Below, in pieces: positions 28,517-38,024 of a DNA stretch of 64,000 nt. This DNA comes from Phycisphaerae bacterium. GTDB taxonomy: Bacteria > Planctomycetota > Phycisphaerae > UBA1845. Under the pieces are notes generated by a model. It had not been told where the DNA came from, did not search any database, and saw only the letters and a list, made by a program, of their open reading frames with translations. Numbering within the stretch: position 1 is the first letter of the stretch; each line of letters opens with the position of its first letter. The DNA lies in NCBI GenBank assembly GCA_013360585.1, contig JABWBH010000027.1, positions 24,657 through 88,656 on the forward strand. The letters are read 5' to 3'. A program made the translations under genes and the position numbers.

Positions 28517-28912
28517 TTACGCCGCCCGAAGCTTCTGCTCAACGTAATTGACGATCGCATCCACCGTGAAAAGATCGCGGATGCGCTCGACCTGAGGATC
28601 TTTCTCGAAATCGGACAAGTCCGCATGCGGCATCGCCGACCGCAGCTTGCTGATCCCCTCGTCGGTCATCTTTCCGTTGTCGACGTAATCCGGATTACTG
28701 AGCACTTCCTCGGGAAACAACTCCGAGCGGTTGACCTTGATTCCGAACGCCTTCTCCAGGCGGAATACGATGTCGAGAAAATCAATGCTCTCGGCGCCCA
28801 GATCGCCTTGAAGCGTGGCCTCGGGCGTGACCTCCTCGCTGTCAACGCCCAGCGCGTCCACCAGCACGTCACGGACCCTGGAAAGCACCTCGTCGCGCGT
28901 CGCCGTTGTCAC
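28517..28912 (-). CDS. acyl carrier protein with a ~45-aa insertion before the last helix
   Basis: GTG start at 28912 preceded by ggagg. LQGDLGAESIDFLDIVFRLEKAFGI (phosphopantetheine Ser). Helix IV FTVDAIVNYVEQKL comes after an unusual insert. Confidence 0.75.
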   Translation of the reverse strand: MTTATRDEVLSRVRDVLVDALGVDSEEVTPEATLQGDLGAESIDFLDIVFRLEKAFGIKVNRSELFPEEVLSNPDYVDNGKMTDEGISKLRSAMPHADLSDFEKDPQVERIRDLFTVDAIVNYVEQKLRAA

Positions 28913-29025
28913 TTCGTCACCTCCGTCTGAACCGATCCGGACGACATCAGAACGAAACCTTAGCCCGCCCGCCGAAAGCGTCCCGCGGCGGCATGCCCGC
29001 CTTCGAGGTCTCACGGCTGAGCCCC

Positions 29026-29493
29026 TCAGGCCTGAAGCGCCCGAAACCGCTCACGCATCACCGAGACAATATGTCGATCCGTGTCTTCGTATCCCGGTCC
29101 CCTTGCCGCCGCCGTCAAGTGAGACAGCACGAACCGACCTCGAACGACTTCCTTCCCGCCACAGGCGCCCGCCCCGGAGAATTCACTCTCCACGCCCTCA
29201 AGCCGCCGAGTCTGCACGTCCACCTCAAGCACGTCGCCGGGGCGGACGAAGCTCTTATATGTAATGTTTTTCGCCTCTTTGAGCAATACAAGGCTCGGGG
29301 CAAAATCCAGCGACGACCGCACTAACCACGCGGCGGCCTCCACCATCGCCTCCAGCATGAACACGCCCGGCAGCACCGCAAACGTCGGAAAGTGATCGGC
29401 AAGGTACTCCTCGGCCGCGGACACCGCCTTCACCGCGCGCAAACGCACGCCGGGCTGCACCTCGACGATCCGATCCAGAAGTGCAAAACGCAT
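29026..29493 (-). CDS. second hotdog-fold dehydratase (FabA/FabZ-like)
   Basis: Internal ATG 29493 gives MRFALLDRIVEVQPG...AEEYLADHFPTFAVLPGVFMLEAMVEAAAW. The upstream part of the track ORF overlaps rpsA and is not credible. Confidence 0.7.
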   Translation of the reverse strand: MRFALLDRIVEVQPGVRLRAVKAVSAAEEYLADHFPTFAVLPGVFMLEAMVEAAAWLVRSSLDFAPSLVLLKEAKNITYKSFVRPGDVLEVDVQTRRLEGVESEFSGAGACGGKEVVRGRFVLSHLTAAARGPGYEDTDRHIVSVMRERFRALQA

Positions 29494-29504
29494 GTCCCGA
29501 TCCG

Positions 29505-31058
29505 TCAGCCGCGCCCAAGACCGCTGCCCATCCAGTCCCAGTCCGAACTCAGTCCGCCGCGCCGCGGACGATCCTTCCGCTCCGCCCGACGACCGGACGC
29601 CGCCGCCTCGATCGCTTCCGGCGCCGCGCTGTGCGCCGGCTTCAACGACAGCGCGATCCGCCGCTTCGGTCCGTCCACGCTGAGCACGCGGGCGTCCACC
29701 TCCTGCCCGACCTTCACCACCTCGTCGCACGTCCGGACACGCTTATCCGAAAGCTCGGAGATATGAATCATCCCTTCAACGCCGGGCGCAACCGCCACGA
29801 ATACGCCGAACGTCTCCAGCCGTGAAACCGTCCCCTTCACCGTCATCCCCGGCGCATAACTCTCGATCACCCCCGCCCACGGATCCGGACGCGCCTGCTT
29901 CATCGACAGCGCCATCCGCCGCTTCCCCGGCTCCAGCCGCAACACCGTCACGTCCACTTCGTCCCCGACCTTGACCGCGTCCGCCACCGAACTGATCCTC
30001 GACCAGCTCATCTCGCTGATCGGGATAAGCCCTTCAACCCCCTCCTCGACTTCCGCGAACGCCCCGAAGTCCGCAACCCGAAGCACCTTCGCCCGCAGCG
30101 ACATGCCTTCCTGAAGACGGGTCTCGATCCCGGTCCACGGATCCGGCCGCGCCTGCTTCAGACCCAGCGAAATCCGGTCCCGCTCACGGTCGATCTTCAG
30201 AACCTTGACCTCAACCTCCTGCCCGACGTCCACGATGTCCGTGACTTTCCCCACCGGCCGCCAGCTCAGATCGCTGATGTGGATCAGCCCTTCCACCCCG
30301 CCAAGGTCTACGAAGGCGCCGAAGTCCGTCACATTGCGCACGCGCCCGGTCCGCACCTGCCCGATCTCAAGCTCCGTCAGCAGCACCGCCTTTTTCTCGG
30401 CGGCCTCCTTCTCCAGAACTCGCCGTCGGCTCAGCAGGAGGTTCTTCCCGCGGCGGTCAACTTCGGTGACCTCGCAGCGCACCACTTCGCCGATCAGGAC
30501 CGAGATGTCCTTCATGAAATGAAGATCGACCTGCGACGCGGGCAGGAACGCCCGGATGCCCTGCACGTCGACTTCCAGCCCGCCCTTGTTCAGACCCGTG
30601 ACCCGCCCCTCCACCGTCATTCCGCGGTCCAGATTCAGCCACGTCGCCCGCTGCACCGCGCCTTTGCGGCTGCAAACCCACAACCCCTGCGACTCGTCGT
30701 GGCGCTCGACGACAACGTCCACCCGGCGGCCCGCGCTTACGTCCTCATTCTTCCCGAAGTGATTTCGCGGAACGACGCCCTGATCCTTCACTCCGAAATC
30801 CAGAAAAACATCCTCGCCGCGCGTTGCAACGACTGTTCCGGTGACTTCGGCGCCTTTCTCCAGCCGCCGGACCGCCACCGGCGCGTTCAATCCGCCGCTC
30901 AGCTCATCCAGGTCTTCAAGCGTCATGTGCGCCATCGCGTTCGCCACCTCGCGGTCGATCTCCGCTTGCGAGGAACCCGGATCCGGAAGGGATGGCTCAG
31001 ATGCATGCGCTCCCGCGGGCCCTGGGACGCTGGCGGGTGTTCCCGGTTGTTCGTTCAT
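29505..31058 (-). CDS. rpsA: 30S ribosomal protein S1
   Basis: 517 aa with repeated S1 domains (G.V..V..FGAFV.L...EGLIHISE pattern, several times). Confidence 0.9.
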   Translation of the reverse strand: MNEQPGTPASVPGPAGAHASEPSLPDPGSSQAEIDREVANAMAHMTLEDLDELSGGLNAPVAVRRLEKGAEVTGTVVATRGEDVFLDFGVKDQGVVPRNHFGKNEDVSAGRRVDVVVERHDESQGLWVCSRKGAVQRATWLNLDRGMTVEGRVTGLNKGGLEVDVQGIRAFLPASQVDLHFMKDISVLIGEVVRCEVTEVDRRGKNLLLSRRRVLEKEAAEKKAVLLTELEIGQVRTGRVRNVTDFGAFVDLGGVEGLIHISDLSWRPVGKVTDIVDVGQEVEVKVLKIDRERDRISLGLKQARPDPWTGIETRLQEGMSLRAKVLRVADFGAFAEVEEGVEGLIPISEMSWSRISSVADAVKVGDEVDVTVLRLEPGKRRMALSMKQARPDPWAGVIESYAPGMTVKGTVSRLETFGVFVAVAPGVEGMIHISELSDKRVRTCDEVVKVGQEVDARVLSVDGPKRRIALSLKPAHSAAPEAIEAAASGRRAERKDRPRRGGLSSDWDWMGSGLGRG

Positions 31059-31236
31059 TATGTCAGGCCTTTGTCAAACAAGAATCACACCCGCCGAGCC
31101 GGGTGTGAAATCCGCGTGAAGCGTTGCGATTATTATCCCCCAAACAGATGCGGTTTTTACAAACTTCGGTGCTGCAAGTCAAGGTTAAAGACGGGTCTCG
31201 CCGGAGGCGGAAAAACGTGGATTCGCAGGTCTGACG

Positions 31237-32100
31237 TCACTGCGGGCTGTTAATCCAGCCGTAAGGACGGAACGTCCCGGAGCGCAGTTCGAGCCGGAAC
31301 CACTGATCATCGAGACCCTTGACGTAAACGTCGTTCGCCTCGAAATCCGGCGCCTCTCGCGTCACATATCTTCCCCCCATCGGAGGCACAAAAAGATCAG
31401 CCCGTCCGTCCGTGAAGGCGACGTTGGCGCCCTTTGCGTGACGCGTCTCAAGCTGATCCTGATTGCTCCACATCCCGTCGGTGGCGTTCTCGTTCCACCA
31501 ACGCGTGCTTTCCTCCACCATCGCGATCATCCCGTCGAACCGGCGCACCGGCACATCCGCCGGAAGGATCGTCGGCGGCATGATGTTCACGGCGTAACGT
31601 TCAGGCTCGGCGAGGTACGCCATCGCTTTCGGGTTGTTCAGGCGTCCGCCCTGGATGTTCATAACGAAGGTGTAATCGAAATCCAGCGGCGCGTCCTTGT
31701 CGAACATGTTGTTGCCCGTGTCCCGATCGGACGACCGCCGGAGGTTCGAAGGACACTCCGCGATCTCATCGACCTGGCTGACGTAGTCGTACAACAATCC
31801 GGGACGCGGTCCGTCCGGTCCGGGGAGCCTCGCCCACGCCCCGCCGTATTGCGGCCAGCGCGTCACGTCCTCCGCGTTGACCGGCCAGACCTGGTCGTCG
31901 AAATCCTGCGCGTACAACATCAGGGCGTACGCGATCTGCCGGACGTTCGATCGACAGGCGACATTCTTCGCCGAGTCGCGGGCGCGCTTCAACGACGGAA
32001 TCAGGATGCTGATGAGCAGCGCGATGATCGCAATCACGACGAGCAGTTCGATCAGCGTGAACGCCGGTCGTCGCCCAGGTTGGCGGACTCGATTGCGCAT
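31237..32100 (-). CDS. DUF1559 protein with prepilin-type N-terminal cleavage/methylation domain
   Basis: PAFTLIELLVVIAIIALLISILIPSLKRARDSAKNVACRSNVRQIAYALMLY, typical of the planctomycete pseudopilin-like family. Confidence 0.85.
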   Translation of the reverse strand: MRNRVRQPGRRPAFTLIELLVVIAIIALLISILIPSLKRARDSAKNVACRSNVRQIAYALMLYAQDFDDQVWPVNAEDVTRWPQYGGAWARLPGPDGPRPGLLYDYVSQVDEIAECPSNLRRSSDRDTGNNMFDKDAPLDFDYTFVMNIQGGRLNNPKAMAYLAEPERYAVNIMPPTILPADVPVRRFDGMIAMVEESTRWWNENATDGMWSNQDQLETRHAKGANVAFTDGRADLFVPPMGGRYVTREAPDFEANDVYVKGLDDQWFRLELRSGTFRPYGWINSPQ

Positions 32101-32236
32101 GCATGATTATTACCGCGCTCTCGCCCGGACGACAAGAGAATTCGGGCGCCTTCAGGTTGATTCCGATCCGGACGGAAGGATGATGTCGAAAGGCGACCCC
32201 TGACCGGGAGCTTCGCATCACGGGACGCATGAAAGC

Positions 32237-32896
32237 ATGAAGCGCGGTATCGGGGTGGCTGGACTGGCGGCGCTGGGCGGATGTGCCTGGGCGGCGGGCT
32301 GTGCGGCGCCTGCCGCCGTGACCGTCATGCCCGTCCGGTTGCAGAAACTCAGTCCCGCTTCCCCCCTTCTGCACGAATTCCGCCCCACCGCCTGCTACGC
32401 CTGGGTGAATGATGCCGATCAATTATGCGTCGGTATGAACGTCCGCAAACGCGCGTTCCGCACCGCCTTCGATCGGGAAGAGTTTCACCTGTCGCTGGTT
32501 CTCGGTCCTCCCCCCGCGGGTGAGGGACGGACTTACGTCGTGACCGAGCAGACCGTCCGCGCCCGGACCCGCGACGGCCTGACGCACACCCGTTTTGCAT
32601 CCGTCGAAGGCGTGGCCCTCGCCTGGAAAGACGGACCGAGGCGACTTTCAGGACGTTTTCAGTTCCGAGGGATCGAGCAGTCTTATCTCGTCGTGCTGGG
32701 GTGGACGAACACCCGCCAGATCCTTTGCGTCGGAGAATTCAAGGCCCGCTGGGATCGGGAGCGTGGTGAACCGATTCTAAGACATACGGAGAACGACGGG
32801 ATGGCGCGAGATCAAAATCCGCATCCCCGTCTTGCGCCGCGGCCGAACGAGGGCAAGGCAACCTCGGGCCGCATCCCGGGTTCCGGAGTCAACTGA
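32237..32896 (+). CDS. hypothetical lipoprotein
   Basis: MKRGIGVAGLAALGGC lipobox. 219 aa, no family recognised. Confidence 0.5.
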   Translation: MKRGIGVAGLAALGGCAWAAGCAAPAAVTVMPVRLQKLSPASPLLHEFRPTACYAWVNDADQLCVGMNVRKRAFRTAFDREEFHLSLVLGPPPAGEGRTYVVTEQTVRARTRDGLTHTRFASVEGVALAWKDGPRRLSGRFQFRGIEQSYLVVLGWTNTRQILCVGEFKARWDRERGEPILRHTENDGMARDQNPHPRLAPRPNEGKATSGRIPGSGVN

Positions 32897-32897
32897 C

Positions 32898-33785
32898 ATG
32901 AAGCGGACACTCATCGTCATACTCGTCGGCGCCGTCGCGATCGTCGCCGCCATCACGTACAAGCGCGGTGAACACACGCAAACCGTCAAACAAGACATGC
33001 TGCGCATCCTCGGCGACGTTCGCGGCTCCGATCTGGAGCAACGCTACCTCGCAGGCCTGGTCGAGCTGCACCACGCGGCGGTGTTCGCCTCCGTCGCCGC
33101 GGGCGTCGATCATTCCCAGGTCCGGCGCGACGCTTACCTCGACGAAATGTTCAAGCGCCTCGTCGCCGACGCCCGCGACAACGGACGCTTTGCGCTGGCG
33201 ATGAAACTCGAACGTCTTCAGCGCCAGTACGCCGAACCGGACGATCCCCGCAGCGCCGACGACGAGGACGATGATGACCTGTCCAACCCCTGGGTCTGTC
33301 GCAACTGCGGCGCAGCCGCAAGGCTCACCGCCGCGCAGGTGGACGCCCTCGCCGCGAAGACGAAGGCCTTCGAGGCGGAACGCGCTGAGGACGGGACCGC
33401 GCCCGACCGCGAGGCGCGCGCGCTTCTCTGCGAAGCCTGCAAGACCGTCGGGTTCACTCCGGCCCGGAACTGCATCACATGCGGCGAGCCTTTCCTGCTG
33501 GACGCCACCACGATCGGGGCGATCTGTCACAAGTGCGACCTGACGCACTGGGCGTGCGAGGCGCCCGGGTGCGGACACGGGTTCACCCTCACGCTGCATG
33601 AGTTGTTCAAGTCCGGAAAATACGATGACGGCGTCCGGTGTCCGAAGTGCGGCAAGGGCGAGTGCCGCCGCTCGCATCAGTGTCATGCCTGCCGGGGCAT
33701 GATCCCGATCATCGGCCACGGCGACCTTCCGGATCATTGCCCGCACTGCAAGGTCCGCGTCTTCATTCCCCGTCCCGGAGGGTGA
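32898..33785 (+). CDS. membrane-anchored protein with multiple CxxC zinc-ribbon motifs
   Basis: ATG 32898 gives MKRTLIVILVGAVAIVAAITY (TM helix). The C-terminal half has at least 6 CxxC pairs (CRNC, CEAC, CITC, CHKC, CPKC, CHAC, CPHC). Confidence 0.55.
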   Translation: MKRTLIVILVGAVAIVAAITYKRGEHTQTVKQDMLRILGDVRGSDLEQRYLAGLVELHHAAVFASVAAGVDHSQVRRDAYLDEMFKRLVADARDNGRFALAMKLERLQRQYAEPDDPRSADDEDDDDLSNPWVCRNCGAAARLTAAQVDALAAKTKAFEAERAEDGTAPDREARALLCEACKTVGFTPARNCITCGEPFLLDATTIGAICHKCDLTHWACEAPGCGHGFTLTLHELFKSGKYDDGVRCPKCGKGECRRSHQCHACRGMIPIIGHGDLPDHCPHCKVRVFIPRPGG

Positions 33786-35181
33786 CGCGCCGCTCTTCCT
33801 GGTTCGTTCCCTGCTTGCTCGAAACCCGGTAGGTCAGATCCTTCTTCTCGCCCGGCGCGACGGTCGCCGCAAACCGCACGGTGCGGAAGTCGTGCAGCGT
33901 CGGGTTCAGCGTGCTGTGAAACGCCACGTCGCCGTCGAAGGACCGCCGGAATTCGACGTCGATCGGTTTGTCGCGGTAGTTGCGGATGCGCTCGGTCCAG
34001 ACCTGGTGCTCGTCCCAGCCGCAAACCTGATCGTTGATCTCGATCTTGTGTCCCTGCCCCGGGCTGAGCCGCACCTCCAGCCCGGTACGGCTGAACCAGA
34101 GGTTGTCGCGGTAGCTCCGCAGCGGGACTTGTTCGTGAATCACTTCCGGATCGGGCCCGAGGTTCAGCTCGATCTCCTGACCGATCGGGACATACCTGAT
34201 GTTCTGGTGGGCGAGCACCGACAAGCCGTCGCGGCCGTTGTCCTTGAGCAAACGAACCAACCCGTCCGGCAAAGGCGTCGTGCCCAGGTCGCTGGCCTCG
34301 TCGTTGCGGAGGATGAACAACCGCACGACCTGGTCGCCGTATTCCTGCGGGCGGTAGCGGTATTGAATGCGGAAAGGTGCGTCGGTCCCGGCGAACAAAC
34401 GCATGCGTTTCGACCAGGTGTTGCGGATCGTCTCCGTGCCTTCCACGGTGTAGATGAAATACTCGGACAGGCCTTCCTTAATGATTCCTTTCGGTTCGCG
34501 AAGCACTTCGGCTTCGGCGTAACCCAGCGCTTTCATCGCCTTGTCCGAAGCCGGTTTCTTCGCCTTCTGCCCCAACTCCGCGACCCTCCGGCGTCCGGCG
34601 CGATACTCGTCTGCATCGTGCTTCGAAAGAATCCCCTGTTGTGCGAGCTGCGCGATCGTCTCCACGAGATTGATCGTTCCGACCACGAGCCGCACCTGCG
34701 CATTCTCGTAATCCTCACCGGAGTTGTTGATGATGCGCACGAAGCCGTCGAACGAGGTCTTCGTCTCCTCGGGGTTGCTGACGCAGACGTAATCCGCCGC
34801 CCACGACAGGCCGCTGGTGAAGTAGGTGATCTCGACCGTCGCGTCGCCGTCGAGAGCGCTGCGGACGCTCCAGGTGAGCATCTGCGGCTTGTCATGCGGA
34901 TACGTCGTGTCGAGCAGATCGAGCTTGTCGCCCTGGGTTTTGAAGCGCAGTTGCACGCTGCTGGGGTCGATGAGCGTGCTGGCCCAGGAGAACTGGAGCG
35001 GGTTGACACCCGGCTTGAAGGTGACGGTGCGCGTCTCGCGCACCAGCGTGAGATCCTCACTGTTGTAGATCGTCAACTGCACCGTGTCCCGCGGCGGAAC
35101 GGTTGACAGGTCCACGTTCTGCTGCGCGTCAGCGCGGGCCGCGATCAGAACCGGCATCCACGCAAGGCGTCTTCGCATCAT
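33763..35181 (-). CDS. DUF4139/DUF4140-like (MuiA-like) secreted protein, paralog 1
   Basis: Signal peptide. Blocks TIYNSEDLTLVRETRTV.F..GVNPLQF and YFTSGLSWAADY fit my recollection of the DUF4140/DUF4139 family. Very similar to 35212..36621. Confidence 0.6.
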   Translation of the reverse strand: MMRRRLAWMPVLIAARADAQQNVDLSTVPPRDTVQLTIYNSEDLTLVRETRTVTFKPGVNPLQFSWASTLIDPSSVQLRFKTQGDKLDLLDTTYPHDKPQMLTWSVRSALDGDATVEITYFTSGLSWAADYVCVSNPEETKTSFDGFVRIINNSGEDYENAQVRLVVGTINLVETIAQLAQQGILSKHDADEYRAGRRRVAELGQKAKKPASDKAMKALGYAEAEVLREPKGIIKEGLSEYFIYTVEGTETIRNTWSKRMRLFAGTDAPFRIQYRYRPQEYGDQVVRLFILRNDEASDLGTTPLPDGLVRLLKDNGRDGLSVLAHQNIRYVPIGQEIELNLGPDPEVIHEQVPLRSYRDNLWFSRTGLEVRLSPGQGHKIEINDQVCGWDEHQVWTERIRNYRDKPIDVEFRRSFDGDVAFHSTLNPTLHDFRTVRFAATVAPGEKKDLTYRVSSKQGTNQEERRVTLRDGE

Positions 35182-35211
35182 GACATTCCCCCGGCGGCGG
35201 AGCGAGTCCGC

Positions 35212-36621
35212 CTACTCCCCGGCTTCCAGCACGATGTGCTGCTCTTTCTGGTTGTAGCCGGATTTCGTGGTGACCCGGTACTGAAGATCCTTCTTCTCCG
35301 CGGGGGCGATCGTCGCGCTGAACTTCACCGTGCGGTAGTCGTGAAGCGTGGGATTCAACGCGCTGCGGAATACAATGTCGCCGTCGAATGAACGCCGCAA
35401 CTCGACGTGGATCGGTTTGTCACGGTAGTTGCGGATGCGGTCCGTCCAGATCTGGTGCTCGTCCCAGCCGATGACCTGATCGTTGACCTCGATCTTATGC
35501 CCCTGTGTCGGGCTGTAACGCACGTTCACGCCGCTGCGGCTGAACCACAAATTGTCACGGAAGGATCGCATCAGCACCCACTCATGGATGACTTCAGGGT
35601 CGGGACCGAGGTTCAGCTCGATCTCCTGTCCGACGGGCACGTATTTGATCGTCTGCTGCGCCAGCAGGGACAGGCCGTCCCGGTTGTTGTCTTTGAAAAG
35701 CCGGACGGCGCCGTCGGGCAGCGGCGTCTGCCCCAAGCCGCTCGCCTCGTCATTCCGGAGGATAAACAACCGGACAAGCTGCTCTCCGTATTCTTCCGGT
35801 CGGTAGCGGTAGCGAACGTCAAACGGCGCGGCCTTCCCGGCGAACAACCGCATCCGCTTCGACCAGGTGTTCCGGATCGTCTCCGTCCCCTCGATGGTGT
35901 AGATGAAATACTCCGACAGTCCCTCCTTGATGATTTCCTTCGGTGCGGCGGTTTCGGCGGCTGCAAAACCCGCGGACATGGCGTCCTGAAGCTCGGCCCG
36001 CGCCCTCCCCGGCGCCTTCAGCACCGCCCGGCCTCGTTCCATCTCCTCCTGGTCCCGCTCGGAAATGATGCCCCGGCGGGCGAGGTCGGCGATCTTCTCG
36101 ACCAGGTTGATCGTGCCGACGACGAGGCGCACCTGCGCGTTCTCATAATCCTCGCCGGAATTGTTGTAAATGCGGACAAACCCGTCGAACGACATCCGGC
36201 TCTCGGCGGGATCGCTCACGCAGACGTAGTCCGCCGCCCACGACAGCCCGCTGGTGAAGTAGGTAATCTCCACCGACGCGTCGCCGTCCAGCGCGCTGCG
36301 GACGTTCCACGTCAACTGCTGCGGCTTGTCATGCGGAAACGTGGTGTCGAGAAGCTCCAGTTGATCGGCGTGGGTCTTGAAGCGCAGTTGCACGCTGGTC
36401 GAGTCGATCAAGGTGTTCGCCCAGGAAAACTGAAGCGGGTTGACGCCCTGCTTGAACGTCACCGTCCGGGTCTCGCGGACCAGCGTGAGGTCTTCACTGT
36501 TGTAGATCGTCAATTGAACCGTGTCGCGCGGCGGAACCGTGGACAGGTCCACGTTCTGCTGGGCGAAGACCGGCGCCGCGATCATTGCGGCCAACGTCAA
36601 CGAGAACGTGCGGGACATCAT
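35212..36621 (-). CDS. DUF4139/DUF4140-like secreted protein, paralog 2
   Basis: 469 aa, colinear with paralog 1. Long identical stretches, e.g. QQNVDLSTVPPRDTVQLTIYNSEDLTLVRETRTVTFK. Confidence 0.6.
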   Translation of the reverse strand: MMSRTFSLTLAAMIAAPVFAQQNVDLSTVPPRDTVQLTIYNSEDLTLVRETRTVTFKQGVNPLQFSWANTLIDSTSVQLRFKTHADQLELLDTTFPHDKPQQLTWNVRSALDGDASVEITYFTSGLSWAADYVCVSDPAESRMSFDGFVRIYNNSGEDYENAQVRLVVGTINLVEKIADLARRGIISERDQEEMERGRAVLKAPGRARAELQDAMSAGFAAAETAAPKEIIKEGLSEYFIYTIEGTETIRNTWSKRMRLFAGKAAPFDVRYRYRPEEYGEQLVRLFILRNDEASGLGQTPLPDGAVRLFKDNNRDGLSLLAQQTIKYVPVGQEIELNLGPDPEVIHEWVLMRSFRDNLWFSRSGVNVRYSPTQGHKIEVNDQVIGWDEHQIWTDRIRNYRDKPIHVELRRSFDGDIVFRSALNPTLHDYRTVKFSATIAPAEKKDLQYRVTTKSGYNQKEQHIVLEAGE

Positions 36622-36711
36622 TGCAATAAGCTCCCGGAAAGCGGGCGGATTCCGCCCGGCGTGGTTCGTTTCATCGTTCTGGCGTCCCGAGGCGTCGTTG
36701 TCCCGGCGCCT

Positions 36712-37917
36712 CTACCACTCATTTTTGATCAGGACGTGCAGCTCCTGCGTCGCTTTCACGGCTTTCTGGTCCCCCCCACGGGCGGGAAGCGGGACATGAA
36801 AAAGCAGCCGGTCGGCGGTGGACTTCTCCTTATCCAGCATCTCCGCCATCGGGGTGTCCTTGACCAGCTCAAACTCGACGTTGCGGCCCGTGTCGCGGCC
36901 GAGGATTTCCTGCCGCAGCGACCGCATCGACTCGGCGATGTCGAGCACCACCGGAGCGTCCTTGAAATTCTCAATCTCGTACTTCACGACCACGTCGTAG
37001 TGATAAAGATTCCCGAGCACGCGGTTCTGGTCGCGCCGGGCGATCGTGCGCTTGACGACCACGTCCTTCGCGACGCCCAGATACAGGCGCACTTCGTCGT
37101 CGCGCGGAGTGAACTTCATCCAGTCCTCTCCGAGAAACGCCGTCGTGCCGCGCCCGTCGTCCTGGTAGACGCGGGCTTTCCCGTACATGAACGGAAACCG
37201 GCCCAGCGCGTTAGCCGAGTCATTCTTCAACAGATAATGCATCGGCACGCGGAGCTGCTTCTTGCCCTCGTCGAGGTAGCCGAACTCCGAAAGATCCGCG
37301 GTGTACACCTTGCGCACCGGGACATTCTCGAACTTCGCGGACAGGAGCTGCTTCGTCTCATTGATGCCGATCGGACGCTCGAAGCGCTCGCCGAACCCCG
37401 GCCACATCCCCGCGTCTCCGAAGGTCTCATTTGCCCGGTTGTGAAGCAGGACGTACTGCCGAAGCGTCAGCGACTTCTCGTCGTTGGCCGCCACCGCTTC
37501 GTAGGCGAACGACTTGTCGAGCTGCCCGATCAGGTAGCTGATGCGCACCCGCGCGGACCCCGCCTTCGGCGACGCCACCTGCCACGTCAGCGCGTTCTCG
37601 TTCGGGGGGTAGGAGACGGAGAGCACCCGAACGCTTTCCGGGTCGGACAGCGGGCGGAACTGAATGCTCTCCTTGTCGATCTGCGTGTTCGCCCAGGCGA
37701 AGACGACCTCGTTCACGCCGGCGTTCAGCGGGACGACCCGCTCCTCCTCGACGAGCGTGACGTTCGGATGATCCAGTTGGATCTCGACGCGTTCACGCGG
37801 CGGCAGCGTAATCAGCTTGATCCCCGCGTCCACGCCGCGTGTCACCAGCATACCGGCGACGACGAAAGCGGTGGCAACGGTTCGGCGGGGCCTCACCAAT
37901 GCGGGATAAACGCTCAT
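36712..37917 (-). CDS. DUF4139-like secreted protein, divergent paralog 3
   Basis: 401 aa. Same architecture (LVEEERVVPLNAGVNEVVFAW..., ISYLIGQLDKSFAYE) but much lower identity. Confidence 0.55.
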   Translation of the reverse strand: MSVYPALVRPRRTVATAFVVAGMLVTRGVDAGIKLITLPPRERVEIQLDHPNVTLVEEERVVPLNAGVNEVVFAWANTQIDKESIQFRPLSDPESVRVLSVSYPPNENALTWQVASPKAGSARVRISYLIGQLDKSFAYEAVAANDEKSLTLRQYVLLHNRANETFGDAGMWPGFGERFERPIGINETKQLLSAKFENVPVRKVYTADLSEFGYLDEGKKQLRVPMHYLLKNDSANALGRFPFMYGKARVYQDDGRGTTAFLGEDWMKFTPRDDEVRLYLGVAKDVVVKRTIARRDQNRVLGNLYHYDVVVKYEIENFKDAPVVLDIAESMRSLRQEILGRDTGRNVEFELVKDTPMAEMLDKEKSTADRLLFHVPLPARGGDQKAVKATQELHVLIKNEW

Positions 37918-38024
37918 TCTGGTTACTCCTGTGACGGCGGATCCGCCGCCGATTCTCGTGCGGTTAGTCGCACATCGCGCCAGATAGTTCCTCGCTCGCG
38001 CTTATTAACGTTGTTCATCCGAGG

